DNA from: a virus
Lineage: Duplodnaviria > Caudoviricetes
DNA: 64,000 bases
Reading direction: 5' to 3' (one strand)
Virus record (IMG/VR): IMGVR_UViG_3300013936_000011
Location: 82,601-146,600 of that record
Part shown: positions 51,887-61,184 of the stretch, piece by piece
How the letters are laid out: every line of letters begins with the position of its first letter
Numbering within the stretch: position 1 is the stretch's first letter
Position numbers and translations under genes: made by a program
Notes under the pieces: generated by a model
Seen by the model: only the letters and a program-made list of their open reading frames with translations
Told to the model about the DNA's origin: nothing
Database searches by the model: none

Positions 51887-52963
51887 ATGAGAGAAGATAT
51901 AAAGAGCTTATTAGATGCTGATAAAGATTTAAGTATCGAAACAGTTGATGAATTAGACAATAAAATACTTGCTACCAATTTCTTTGAAAACATGGCAAAT
52001 GATATAGATGAATTCGATAAAGTTGCTTGGGAGAATAAAGCAGGATTTGATACTCCTAGCTTTCCAAGTTTTACTGAAGGATTAGAAGGTTGGAGCCCAG
52101 GATTTTATTGTTTTGCAGGTGCGGCTAACATGGGTAAGACAGCTATAATGTTAAATATAATGGAAGATTTATGTATGAATGCAGATAATAAATTATTCGG
52201 TGTATATTTCTCATTGGATGATTCTAAGAATAAAGTAATACCTAGAATAGTAGCAATGAGAGAATTATTACCTATTAATGTAGTAGCTAAGCCTGGACGT
52301 TTTAAACAAATGATAATAGACGGACATCCTGATTCTATTAATATAGCTACTCAATTAGATAGACGTGAAGAAGGACTTCAAAAGCTTAAATCAGAATCTA
52401 ATAGATTTGTAATATTCGATTCTCAAGAGATAAGAACTATAGATGATATATATGAGAAAGCAAGACAAATATATACATACGTAAAAGCTATAGATGAAGA
52501 AATGAATATTGTAATAGGAATAGATAGTTTAAAAGATATAGAAATACCAGACCTTAAACTTACTACTAACGAAAGAATAGACATGGTAGCTAAGAAGATA
52601 AAAGATTTATCTATAGAATTGAATTGTATAACTTTTGCTTCTATGCATTTAAGAAAATTAAATGGTAATCGTCGTCCTACAATGGATGATTTAAAAGATA
52701 GTAATACACTTGAATATGAATTAGATGCATGTTTTTTAGTTTATAATGATGTATCTAAGAACAAACAAGGAGCCAAAATATTCTATAGAGACAGCGAAGA
52801 TTCCGTAGACAAACAACCAGTTATAGAAATAGATTGGGGTAAAAATAAAATAAGTGCATATAAAGGAATTACATTCTGTAATTTTGCACCAGATTATTCT
52901 AAATGTATTGAATGTAGCGAAGATGCGGCTATGAGATATAACGCTTTAATATATGAAGTATAG
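51887..52963 (+). CDS. dnaB: DnaB-like (SF4) replicative helicase
   Basis: Walker A AGAANMGKT, YFSLDD, IDSL, H3/H4 region HLRK...RPTMDDLKDSNTLEYELD, KNK; adjacent to the primase. Confidence 0.85.
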   Translation: MREDIKSLLDADKDLSIETVDELDNKILATNFFENMANDIDEFDKVAWENKAGFDTPSFPSFTEGLEGWSPGFYCFAGAANMGKTAIMLNIMEDLCMNADNKLFGVYFSLDDSKNKVIPRIVAMRELLPINVVAKPGRFKQMIIDGHPDSINIATQLDRREEGLQKLKSESNRFVIFDSQEIRTIDDIYEKARQIYTYVKAIDEEMNIVIGIDSLKDIEIPDLKLTTNERIDMVAKKIKDLSIELNCITFASMHLRKLNGNRRPTMDDLKDSNTLEYELDACFLVYNDVSKNKQGAKIFYRDSEDSVDKQPVIEIDWGKNKISAYKGITFCNFAPDYSKCIECSEDAAMRYNALIYEV

Positions 52964-52985
52964 AATTATTTTCTATACTTTTTTT
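52956..52985 (+). terminator. Intrinsic terminator overlapping the helicase stop
   Basis: AAGTATAGAA / TTCTATACTT stem plus T tract. Confidence 0.7.
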
Positions 52986-53011
52986 ATGTCAATATAAGAC
53001 TTTAAGCTACA

Positions 53012-53018
53012 GGTAATA
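53012..53018 (+). promoter_or_regulatory. Putative late promoter motif GGTAATA
   Basis: Upstream of the fibre-chain operon. Confidence 0.6.
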
Positions 53019-53053
53019 AAAATATAGTCAAGTATAAGAAAGGAGAAATGAAA

Positions 53054-53527
53054 ATGGCTAGACAACAAATAGCAAAGATTACTTTATATGGTAATACAGT
53101 TAGTTGGATGGATCCATATAATTGTATATATCTTACTACTCATAAAGCTGGTAAATTAGAGGCAGTAGTATATGATGATATGGATTTAAACTCTATTAGA
53201 GAAGGTATAGCAAAACGCTTAATTAAAGTTATAGAAGGCGAAATACCTGAACCATCAACAGGCGGAGATGCATCTGTAGATGAAAAGACTTTAAATGAAT
53301 TAATAAGCAAAAAAGTTCAAGACGCTATAGCTAGTGGTGTAGATTTATCAAACTATGCTACAACATCTGAATTAGCAGATGCTATAACAAACTTAATAGG
53401 TGGAGCAGACGAAAGTTCTGATACATTAAAAGAATTAGCTGATTTATTAGCTAAGAAAGCTGATAAAGAAGAAATAGTAGCTATAGAAGAAGCTACTGTG
53501 GAAGAAACAAAAGACTTATATAAATAA
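53054..53527 (+). CDS. Putative fibre anchor protein
   Basis: Globular N-terminus, then VDLSNYAT and LIGGA.E..DTLKELA fibre motifs; acidic C-terminal helix; ATG 53054 fits the RBS. Confidence 0.65.
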   Translation: MARQQIAKITLYGNTVSWMDPYNCIYLTTHKAGKLEAVVYDDMDLNSIREGIAKRLIKVIEGEIPEPSTGGDASVDEKTLNELISKKVQDAIASGVDLSNYATTSELADAITNLIGGADESSDTLKELADLLAKKADKEEIVAIEEATVEETKDLYK

Positions 53528-53542
53528 AGGAGTGAATAATTA

Positions 53543-54913
53543 ATGGCAAAACATATAACACTTGAAGGATTACAAGCAGTACTTCAATTAGTTAAACAAG
53601 ATGTTCAAGCTGTTGATGCTAAAGTCGATGGAATACAAGTTCCTTCTGTTGAAGGTTTAGCTACAGAAGATTTCGTTAATCAAAAGATAGCTACTGTACT
53701 TGGAGCAGACGATTTAGCTGAAGATCTTGACTCTTTAAAAGAAGTAATAGATGTATTAACTAAAGACGGCGCAGATATAGTTGCTTTACAAGAAGCTATA
53801 AATAAAAAAGTTGACGCTGAAGACGGTAAAGGGCTGATATCTTTAGACGAAATAACTAGATTAGCAGATGTAAAGAATTATGATGATACAGATGTTAAAA
53901 ACAGATTAACTGCTCTTGAAGGCATAGATCATAGCAAATATTTAACAGAACATCAAGATATAACTGGATTAGCTACTAAAGAAGAAGTACAAGCTAAAGC
54001 TGATGCTACTGCACTTGATGGTAAAGTAGACAAAGCTGAAGGTAAATCATTAATAGCTGATACTGAAATAGCTAGACTTGCTGAAGTTAAAAACTATGAT
54101 GATACAGAAGTAAAAGCATTAATAGAAGCTAAAGCAGATAAAGAACATACTCATGATGCATCTGCAGTAGTATTTGCAGATAAAACTACATTACAAGCTA
54201 AACTTGATGATGGTTCACTTAAAGGAGCTCAAGGCGACCCTGGTGAAAAAGGTGACGCATTTACTTATGCTGACTTTACTACTGAACAATTAGCTGCTTT
54301 AAAAGGTGAACAAGGTGCTGAAGGTGTAGGTATAGATACTGTTACTATAGAGTATGTAGACAATGTACCTCATGTTAAAGTTAAATATGACGATGTAGAT
54401 GCTACAGTGCAAGATGCTGGTGCATTAGATTTAACTCAAATAAAAGAATATACTGAATTAAAAGCATTAGTAAATAAAATACAATCTCAAGTTAACAGTA
54501 CTAATCCATGGGGCGATTGTGTATGGGTAGATGCTGAATATGCGCAACCTACTATAGGATCATTTATACCATCTCCTAAATTAAGAGCAGAAAATGATGC
54601 AGATGAAATGGCTCTTGCTGATAGACTTGAAGCTGGTGCATACGAATTATACGTTGTAGCTACTACTGATATGAAAGATTATGATCGTCGTTATGATTGT
54701 ATGATACCAATGGATGGTTTAAGAGAAGGTCAAGGTGGTCAAGTAGTTCAAAAACGTAGTGATGATGCAGCATGGACAAGATTATTAGGTCAATGTCCAG
54801 CTTGGGTTAAAAACAATGTTAACTGGGCTTTCAATGACACTAAGAATAAAGAAGTAGAATTAAATTGCTCTCCTGATACTACTTGCATATTTGTATTAGT
54901 AAGAAGATTCTAA
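53543..54913 (+). CDS. Fibre protein with short collagen-like segment
   Basis: KVD...GK.LI...EI.RLA.VKNYDDT x2; KGAQGDPGEKGDAFTYADFT.EQLAALKG; globular C-terminus. Confidence 0.75.
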   Translation: MAKHITLEGLQAVLQLVKQDVQAVDAKVDGIQVPSVEGLATEDFVNQKIATVLGADDLAEDLDSLKEVIDVLTKDGADIVALQEAINKKVDAEDGKGLISLDEITRLADVKNYDDTDVKNRLTALEGIDHSKYLTEHQDITGLATKEEVQAKADATALDGKVDKAEGKSLIADTEIARLAEVKNYDDTEVKALIEAKADKEHTHDASAVVFADKTTLQAKLDDGSLKGAQGDPGEKGDAFTYADFTTEQLAALKGEQGAEGVGIDTVTIEYVDNVPHVKVKYDDVDATVQDAGALDLTQIKEYTELKALVNKIQSQVNSTNPWGDCVWVDAEYAQPTIGSFIPSPKLRAENDADEMALADRLEAGAYELYVVATTDMKDYDRRYDCMIPMDGLREGQGGQVVQKRSDDAAWTRLLGQCPAWVKNNVNWAFNDTKNKEVELNCSPDTTCIFVLVRRF

Positions 54914-54931
54914 TTAAAGGAAGTGATGTAA

Positions 54932-55387
54932 ATGGCTTTAACTGATGAACAAAAAGTACTACAGGCTGATATATTAGCAGAAAAAACTGATTCCGATACC
55001 AATCCTAACATGACTTATTCTACTAGCGCTGCAAAAAATAAAGCCTTAAATCCAGATACTTTCTCTGGTAATAATTCTAAAGTAGTAAACGCTATAAATT
55101 TAACTTATAAACAAGCTGAAAAAGCTATAACTACAGTTGATAATTTTAGTACTAAAGTAAATGAAGTTTTATTAGACGTTGGTAGTACAAATGGTCTTGC
55201 TAAATTAGAGCAACTAAGAACAGATATGGGACAACAAACTTTAATAGAAGGCCTTATAGATTTATATGAAAATAAATTACCTACATATACAACAACAGAC
55301 TCAATAGAATATGCAACATCTGAAGAACTAGTAAATATGTATAACTCTATAGATGTTAAGTCATCTACTGACAATACACAAGAATAA
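54932..55387 (+). CDS. Putative fibre anchor/segment protein
   Basis: K.VVNAIN fibre motif; C-terminal YATSEELVNMY. Confidence 0.65.
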   Translation: MALTDEQKVLQADILAEKTDSDTNPNMTYSTSAAKNKALNPDTFSGNNSKVVNAINLTYKQAEKAITTVDNFSTKVNEVLLDVGSTNGLAKLEQLRTDMGQQTLIEGLIDLYENKLPTYTTTDSIEYATSEELVNMYNSIDVKSSTDNTQE

Positions 55388-55402
55388 GGTGGTGAATAAA
55401 TC

Positions 55403-55735
55403 ATGTCTAATAAAGTAGTAACTACCGATGCCTTAAGCGAAGTCCTTAGTATAATTAAGAAAGATATTAATACCAATTCTACTAACATTTCTACTATTCA
55501 AGAATCTCTGAATACTGTACAAACAGGGTTAACAGAAATTAAACAAATAATAAAAGACTCTGGTGTGACTGCTTCTTCTGATTGGAATGATATAACTAAT
55601 AAACCAGACTTCGCAGATACTCTTTCATTGAATGATAACAAATTAAAATTATTAGGTAATAAGACTAGTGAAATGTCTTCTGTAGATATAACTACTACAG
55701 ATGATATAAATAATATTTTAAATAGTATAGAATAG
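55403..55735 (+). CDS. Short coiled-coil fibre segment
   Basis: Coiled coil, WNDITNKP fibre motif, terminal motifs at both ends. Confidence 0.7.
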   Translation: MSNKVVTTDALSEVLSIIKKDINTNSTNISTIQESLNTVQTGLTEIKQIIKDSGVTASSDWNDITNKPDFADTLSLNDNKLKLLGNKTSEMSSVDITTTDDINNILNSIE

Positions 55736-55750
55736 GAAAGGAGATTAAAC

Positions 55751-57208
55751 ATGGCTGATTTTAATAAAAAGTTAGTTGATCAAGCTGCATTGGAAGCCTT
55801 AGCTAAAGGTCTTAATGACAAATCTAAAGCTGCTGTCGAAGCAGAAAAAGCTAGAGCTCAAGAAGCTGAACAAGCAGCTAAAGATGCTGCTGATGCTGCT
55901 AAAAGTACTGCTGATAGCGCTGCAGCTGATTTAGTTAATGTTAAAAAAGATATAGCAGATTTAACTTCTACCGATAGTGGTGCAGTTAAACAAGCTAAAG
56001 ACTATACTGATGCTGAAGTTAAAAAAGTTTCAGATATAGTAGGTAAAGCTGCTGTTCCTGGCGAAGGTGATGCTGAAGGTACTCCTGCCACTGGTTTAGT
56101 TGCAAGAGTTGATTCTGCTGACAGTAAAATTGCTGGTTTAGAAACAGCTAATGAAGATGAAGAAAAAAGAATAGCTGCACTAGAAACTAAAGTAGGTGCT
56201 GCTAAAGTAGAAGGCGAAGAAGCTCAAGCTGCTACTGGTCTATTTGCAGAAGTAGATAGATTAGATAAAAAAATAGATGACTTATCTATACCTAGCGTAG
56301 ATGGTTTAGCTACTACAGAATATGTTGACGGTAAAGTAAGTGATTTAATAGGTGGAGCTGATGAAGCTTACAATACATTAAAGAAATTAGAAGACGAGTT
56401 AAAAGATGGTGATAACACTGTATCTGGACTTGTTACTCAAATAGCTGAAAAAGCTGATAAAGATCATAATCATGACGATGTATATGCTAAAATAGACCAT
56501 AATCATGATGATGTATATGCTGCAAAAGAACATACGCATTCAACTGCAGATGTTAAATATACTAACGAACAATATCCAGAAATGGAATCTGTTGCTGATG
56601 CATTAGATCAATTACTATATGTTACACCTACTGTTAAAACATTCTCTTCAACTCCTGCATTTGGTGATTATGAAATAGGTTCAACTGTTTCTAATCCTAA
56701 ATTTACATGGACTTATAATAAAGCTATAACTAACCAAAACTTAAAAGCTGGTGGAACTACTATAGCTTTAGATGACCCAGCAGTTAGAGAATACGCTTAT
56801 ACAGGAGATATAACAGCTAATACTACGTTTACTGTATCTGGTAATGATAATAAATTAAAAGCATGTTCAAAAACTGGTTCATTCAACTTCAAACATAAAA
56901 GATATTTTGGTGTTGCAGAAGTACCAGCTGAATACGACAGTGCTTTTGTATTAGGTTTATCTGGTAAAGAATTCTGTACAAACAGACAAAAAGGATCATT
57001 TAGTTTAACTGCAGGAGCTGGAAAATATATGTTCTATTGCTTCCCTGCAAGTTATGGAACTCCTACTTTTAATGTAGGTGGATTCGATGGTGGCTTTGAG
57101 TTGGCGGCTACTATAGATTTTACTAATGCTAGTGGTAATACTACTTCATTTGTAATCTATAAATCAGAAAACGCTAATCTAGGAACTCAAAGTATAATAG
57201 TTAAATAA
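55751..57208 (+). CDS. Coiled-coil fibre protein
   Basis: EKARA..AE, ATGL.A, LIGGA.EAYNTLK and HNHDDVY x2 motifs; C-terminal beta domain. Confidence 0.75.
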   Translation: MADFNKKLVDQAALEALAKGLNDKSKAAVEAEKARAQEAEQAAKDAADAAKSTADSAAADLVNVKKDIADLTSTDSGAVKQAKDYTDAEVKKVSDIVGKAAVPGEGDAEGTPATGLVARVDSADSKIAGLETANEDEEKRIAALETKVGAAKVEGEEAQAATGLFAEVDRLDKKIDDLSIPSVDGLATTEYVDGKVSDLIGGADEAYNTLKKLEDELKDGDNTVSGLVTQIAEKADKDHNHDDVYAKIDHNHDDVYAAKEHTHSTADVKYTNEQYPEMESVADALDQLLYVTPTVKTFSSTPAFGDYEIGSTVSNPKFTWTYNKAITNQNLKAGGTTIALDDPAVREYAYTGDITANTTFTVSGNDNKLKACSKTGSFNFKHKRYFGVAEVPAEYDSAFVLGLSGKEFCTNRQKGSFSLTAGAGKYMFYCFPASYGTPTFNVGGFDGGFELAATIDFTNASGNTTSFVIYKSENANLGTQSIIVK

Positions 57209-57222
57209 GGAGGTGGACTTAA

Positions 57223-58374
57223 ATGGCAATTACATTAATTAGTAATATCAAACAAGCTAATAACGGTACATTCTGGCTTGTAGATAGTAATGATATACGT
57301 GGTGGTTTATACCATGTTGATAGTGTAGCAGAAATGAATGTCCTACCTACTGATAACTTAAAAGAAGGTATGTTGTGCTACGTTGCTGCTGAAGAAAAAT
57401 TCTATCAATACAAAAAAGACGCAGACGGACAACTTAAATTCGATGTATGGAAAGTTGGATTCGATAAAGAAGAAACTTTCACAGAATTAAGCAATAAAAC
57501 TATAATCAATTCTATTATAGCAAATTCAGATACATTAACTAACTTACAAAAACAAGTTGATGCCATTACAGGTACGGGTGAAGGTGGCGACGCTACTACT
57601 ATAGCAGGATTAAATGCTCAATTAGCATCATTAAAAACTACTGTAGGTAAAGCAACTGAAGGCGATACTGCTGCAACTGGCTTATTTGCTAGAATAGAAG
57701 CATTAGAAAAACAATTAACTGCTCATACTCATGAAATAGCAGATGTAACTGGTTTACAAACTGCATTAGATGATAAAGCAGTTAAAAGCGATTTTGATGC
57801 ATTAAAAGAATTAGTTGGTACATTACCAGAAACTGCTACTGCAAGTAACGTTGTTGGTTATGTAGATGAAAAAGTAGCTGCTTTAGTTGATGGGGCTCCT
57901 GAAACTCTAGATACTTTAAAAGAATTAGCAGATGCGCTAAATAATCAACCAGATGCTATAGCTGCTTTAACAAACTCAATAAGTCAAAAAGCTGATGCTT
58001 CTGCATTAGAAGCTTTACAACAAACTGTTGAAAAAAATAAAGGCGTATCAGATACAGTTAGTACTAAAGTAGATGCTTTAGATGCTATATTAAATGGATT
58101 TGGTGGAGCTGATGAACCTGCTACAGTTAAAGATTCTTTAGAAGAATTAAAAACTACATTAGCTACTAAGGTTGATCAAAACACTGTTAACACTTCAATA
58201 GCTAATGCTGTAAATAAATTTGCTTTATCTGGCTCAGAAGACGATAGCAATTTAACTATATCACTTGATTTCGGTGATGGCGAAGGTGCCGTTCAACTTG
58301 GTAAAGTTGATATACCAGTCATTACTGTAAGTGAAGTACAAACAATAATAGATAATTTAGATAAAACTGTATAA
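57223..58374 (+). CDS. Coiled-coil fibre protein
   Basis: N-terminal IKQ.NN..F.LVD..DI.GG...LKEGMLCYV; HTHEIADVTGLQ.ALD; LVDGAPETLDTLKELADAL. Confidence 0.75.
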   Translation: MAITLISNIKQANNGTFWLVDSNDIRGGLYHVDSVAEMNVLPTDNLKEGMLCYVAAEEKFYQYKKDADGQLKFDVWKVGFDKEETFTELSNKTIINSIIANSDTLTNLQKQVDAITGTGEGGDATTIAGLNAQLASLKTTVGKATEGDTAATGLFARIEALEKQLTAHTHEIADVTGLQTALDDKAVKSDFDALKELVGTLPETATASNVVGYVDEKVAALVDGAPETLDTLKELADALNNQPDAIAALTNSISQKADASALEALQQTVEKNKGVSDTVSTKVDALDAILNGFGGADEPATVKDSLEELKTTLATKVDQNTVNTSIANAVNKFALSGSEDDSNLTISLDFGDGEGAVQLGKVDIPVITVSEVQTIIDNLDKTV

Positions 58375-58391
58375 GGATGGTGCAAATATAA

Positions 58392-60140
58392 ATGGCTAAA
58401 AAAAGATTAATAACATATGAACAATTAAATACCTTATCTAAAGGTATTTATGCTAAACTTCATGACGAAATAAATACCGTAGCAAGTGGCGTAAATGTAG
58501 CTAACAGTAATATAACAGCAGTAACTGAAAGAATGACCACTGCAGAAGGTAAACTAGACACTATACAAGGCGACGGTGCTGGTTCTATATCTAAAGCATT
58601 ACAAGATGCTAAAGATTATGCAGATGGTCAAGATACAACATTACATACTACTATAACTGGTGAAATAGGCGACGCTAAAGCTGCTTTACAAGCAGAAATA
58701 GATAAAAAAGCTGCTCAAGCAGATATGACTACTGCATTAGCTGCTAAAGCAGACGCTGCAGACTTAACAACTGAACAAAGCAGAGCTCAAGATGCTGAAG
58801 GAGCTTTAGCTGGTAGATTAGATGTAATCGAAGGCGAAGATACTGTTGAAGGTTCTATTAAAAAAGCTGTAGCTGATCATAAAAAATATGCTGACGATAC
58901 TTTCGCTACTAAAGGTGCTTTAAACACTGTATCTGAAAAAGTTACTACTGCTGAAGGTAACATAGAAGCATTAAAAACAGCTGTAGGTACAGACGAAAAA
59001 GGTAATTTAAAATCTGTAGCTAGTCAAATATCTGATGTTAATTCAGCTGCTGAAGCACTTGAAGGTAGAGTTGCTGCTAATGAAACTGCTATAGGTAATA
59101 TACAAAAAGATTACTTAAAAGCAGCAGACAAAACTGAATTAGCAGGAAACATAACTGAAGCTAAAACTGCTGCAGATAATGCACAAGCTGACGCTACTGT
59201 TGCTAAAGATAAAATAGAAGCTTTCATGAAAGCTGCTGACGTTCAAGAAGGCGCTATAGATACATTAAAAGAAATCCAAGACTATATAACTAGTGACGGT
59301 GCAGCTGCTAAACAAATGACTAGTGACATAGCTGCAAGAGTTAAACAAACAGATTACGATACTGAAGTACAAAAATTAGAAGCTGCTGATTCAGCTTTAG
59401 CTGATAGAGCTACTGCTCTTGAAGGTTTAGTTGGTAAAGAAGCAGGAGATGATACTGAAGCTACAGGACTTGTTAAAAAAGTTGCTGACAATGCTTCTGG
59501 TGTATCTAGTAACAAAGCTGCTATAGCTAGCTTACAAAAAGCTATGGGTACTGTAACTGAAGTTGCTTCTTCAACAGCTGTTAAAGCAGTAGAAGATAGA
59601 GTACAAAAAACTGAAAGTGCTATAGGTACTAAAGCTGCTGGTGAAACTCCTGCTACTGGATTATATAAAGAAATAGCTGACGAAGTTACTAGAGCTACAG
59701 GTGTAGAAGATGGATTAAGAACAGATGTAGACGCTCTTAAAACTACAGTAGGTACTGATGCTAAAGGTCTTGTTAAAGACGTTAAAGATTTACAAGCTAC
59801 TGTAAATACACTAGAAGGTTCTAATCATAGTCATGACAATAAAGAAGAATTAGATAAATTCCAAGATGGAGACAAAGCTAAATTAGATAATGCTGTTGCT
59901 AAAGTAACTGGAGATGCTTCAGTAGCTGGTACAATAGCAGAAGCTAAAAAAGCTGGTGACGATGCTAAGGCTGCAGTTGATGCATTAACTATAACTACTG
60001 CTGATGTAGCTGCAGAAGATGGTACTGTTACAGGTGTTACTGTTGCTTTAGGTAATGGTAAAACTGCTCAAATAGACTATCCATACGAAATAGTTGCAGA
60101 CAGTGAAATACAAGCTATAATAGCTGACTTAGCTAAATAG
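58392..60140 (+). CDS. Long Ala-rich coiled-coil fibre protein
   Basis: GSI.KA..DAK.YAD, IDTLKEIQ.YI, ATGL and HSHDNKE.LD motifs. Confidence 0.8.
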   Translation: MAKKRLITYEQLNTLSKGIYAKLHDEINTVASGVNVANSNITAVTERMTTAEGKLDTIQGDGAGSISKALQDAKDYADGQDTTLHTTITGEIGDAKAALQAEIDKKAAQADMTTALAAKADAADLTTEQSRAQDAEGALAGRLDVIEGEDTVEGSIKKAVADHKKYADDTFATKGALNTVSEKVTTAEGNIEALKTAVGTDEKGNLKSVASQISDVNSAAEALEGRVAANETAIGNIQKDYLKAADKTELAGNITEAKTAADNAQADATVAKDKIEAFMKAADVQEGAIDTLKEIQDYITSDGAAAKQMTSDIAARVKQTDYDTEVQKLEAADSALADRATALEGLVGKEAGDDTEATGLVKKVADNASGVSSNKAAIASLQKAMGTVTEVASSTAVKAVEDRVQKTESAIGTKAAGETPATGLYKEIADEVTRATGVEDGLRTDVDALKTTVGTDAKGLVKDVKDLQATVNTLEGSNHSHDNKEELDKFQDGDKAKLDNAVAKVTGDASVAGTIAEAKKAGDDAKAAVDALTITTADVAAEDGTVTGVTVALGNGKTAQIDYPYEIVADSEIQAIIADLAK

Positions 60141-60157
60141 ATAAAAAATATTTTATT

Positions 60158-60189
60158 AAGCCTTGGTATATTTGTACTAAGGCTTTTTT
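60158..60189 (+). terminator. Intrinsic terminator
   Basis: AAGCCTTGGTA / TACTAAGGCTT stem plus T tract. Confidence 0.8.
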
Positions 60190-60194
60190 GTTTT

Positions 60195-60201
60195 GGTAAT
60201 A
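60195..60201 (+). promoter_or_regulatory. Putative late promoter motif GGTAATA
   Basis: After the terminator, heading the lysis region. Confidence 0.6.
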
Positions 60202-60238
60202 GTTAAATGAAAGGGACAAGAATTGGAGGTGATGCAAA

Positions 60239-60493
60239 TTGATCTATAAACTAGTTGAATCTAAAGATGGCGAGTTTCTATTAGATGGTAAAAGATATAC
60301 AGTACAAGAAACCATAGATATAGATTTAGAAGGTACTAAGTATAATCCAATAGACGTAATTGGAAAGATTAAAGGAGAAACTGGTAAGTATTATAAAGTT
60401 AATAACAAAGTTTATTATTGCATAGCTCCTAGAAAGAACGCAGTTAAAAGATTAGATTTGTACACTGAAAATTTTTATTTAGCTATAATGTAG
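60239..60493 (+). CDS. Hypothetical protein
   Basis: TTG start with strong GGAGGTG RBS; 84 aa. Confidence 0.7.
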   Translation: MIYKLVESKDGEFLLDGKRYTVQETIDIDLEGTKYNPIDVIGKIKGETGKYYKVNNKVYYCIAPRKNAVKRLDLYTENFYLAIM

Positions 60494-60546
60494 ACTGTTC
60501 ATCGTCTAACATTATAAATACTAACCAGGAAAGGAGTGAGAAGTCA

Positions 60547-61173
60547 ATGGCTAGAAAGAAAGATGAAAGATCAATAGTAAGAGAGATGCAAAATGCTCTT
60601 GATGAAAAAGATCTTCGCGAACTTCAAAATGTTAAATTAAAAAAAGAAAAAGAAGTCGCTGAAGAAATAGCTGATATAACTACTAAAGCTAACAAAGAAT
60701 TAGTTGATAGTATCAGAGATATTAATGATAAAGCTAGCGTGCTTGGTGTTAATGTAAACTTTAATAGACCTAATTGTCCTAATTACAATAACATGAAAGA
60801 ATGTGGTACTTGTGCTAATTTCTTTGATTGTTATCAACACAGACAAAGACCAACTTATGAACCAATGGTTGAAAAAGTTGTTAAAGAACCTAAAAAAGAA
60901 GTTGTTGATCCAGATGTTCACCCAGTTGGTTGTCATTGCGAAAGATGTTGTCCTAATCCAAATCCTACATGGTTTGAACAACATAGAAACGGCTTATTAG
61001 CCGCAGCTTTATGCATGATTATGATAGTATTAGCTATAGGTTGGTCTCCAAGCGGAGCAACATTCCAAGCTATACAAGAAAATTATGTTAACTTACTAGT
61101 TGATTTCTTCAAGATGGCACTTTTAGGTGGTGCTGGATTTATAATGTTTAATATTTTCAGAACTAAAAAGTAG
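60547..61173 (+). CDS. Membrane protein with coiled coil, two Cys/His clusters and two C-terminal TM helices
   Basis: C-x8-CGTC-x5-C and HPVGCHCERCC clusters; two hydrophobic segments near the C-terminus. Confidence 0.75.
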   Translation: MARKKDERSIVREMQNALDEKDLRELQNVKLKKEKEVAEEIADITTKANKELVDSIRDINDKASVLGVNVNFNRPNCPNYNNMKECGTCANFFDCYQHRQRPTYEPMVEKVVKEPKKEVVDPDVHPVGCHCERCCPNPNPTWFEQHRNGLLAAALCMIMIVLAIGWSPSGATFQAIQENYVNLLVDFFKMALLGGAGFIMFNIFRTKK

Positions 61174-61184
61174 AGTGATGCTAT

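Noticed and set aside
50804-52963. Intein or intron in primase/helicase
   Set aside because: Both are compact with contiguous motifs; no splice-junction or homing endonuclease signatures.
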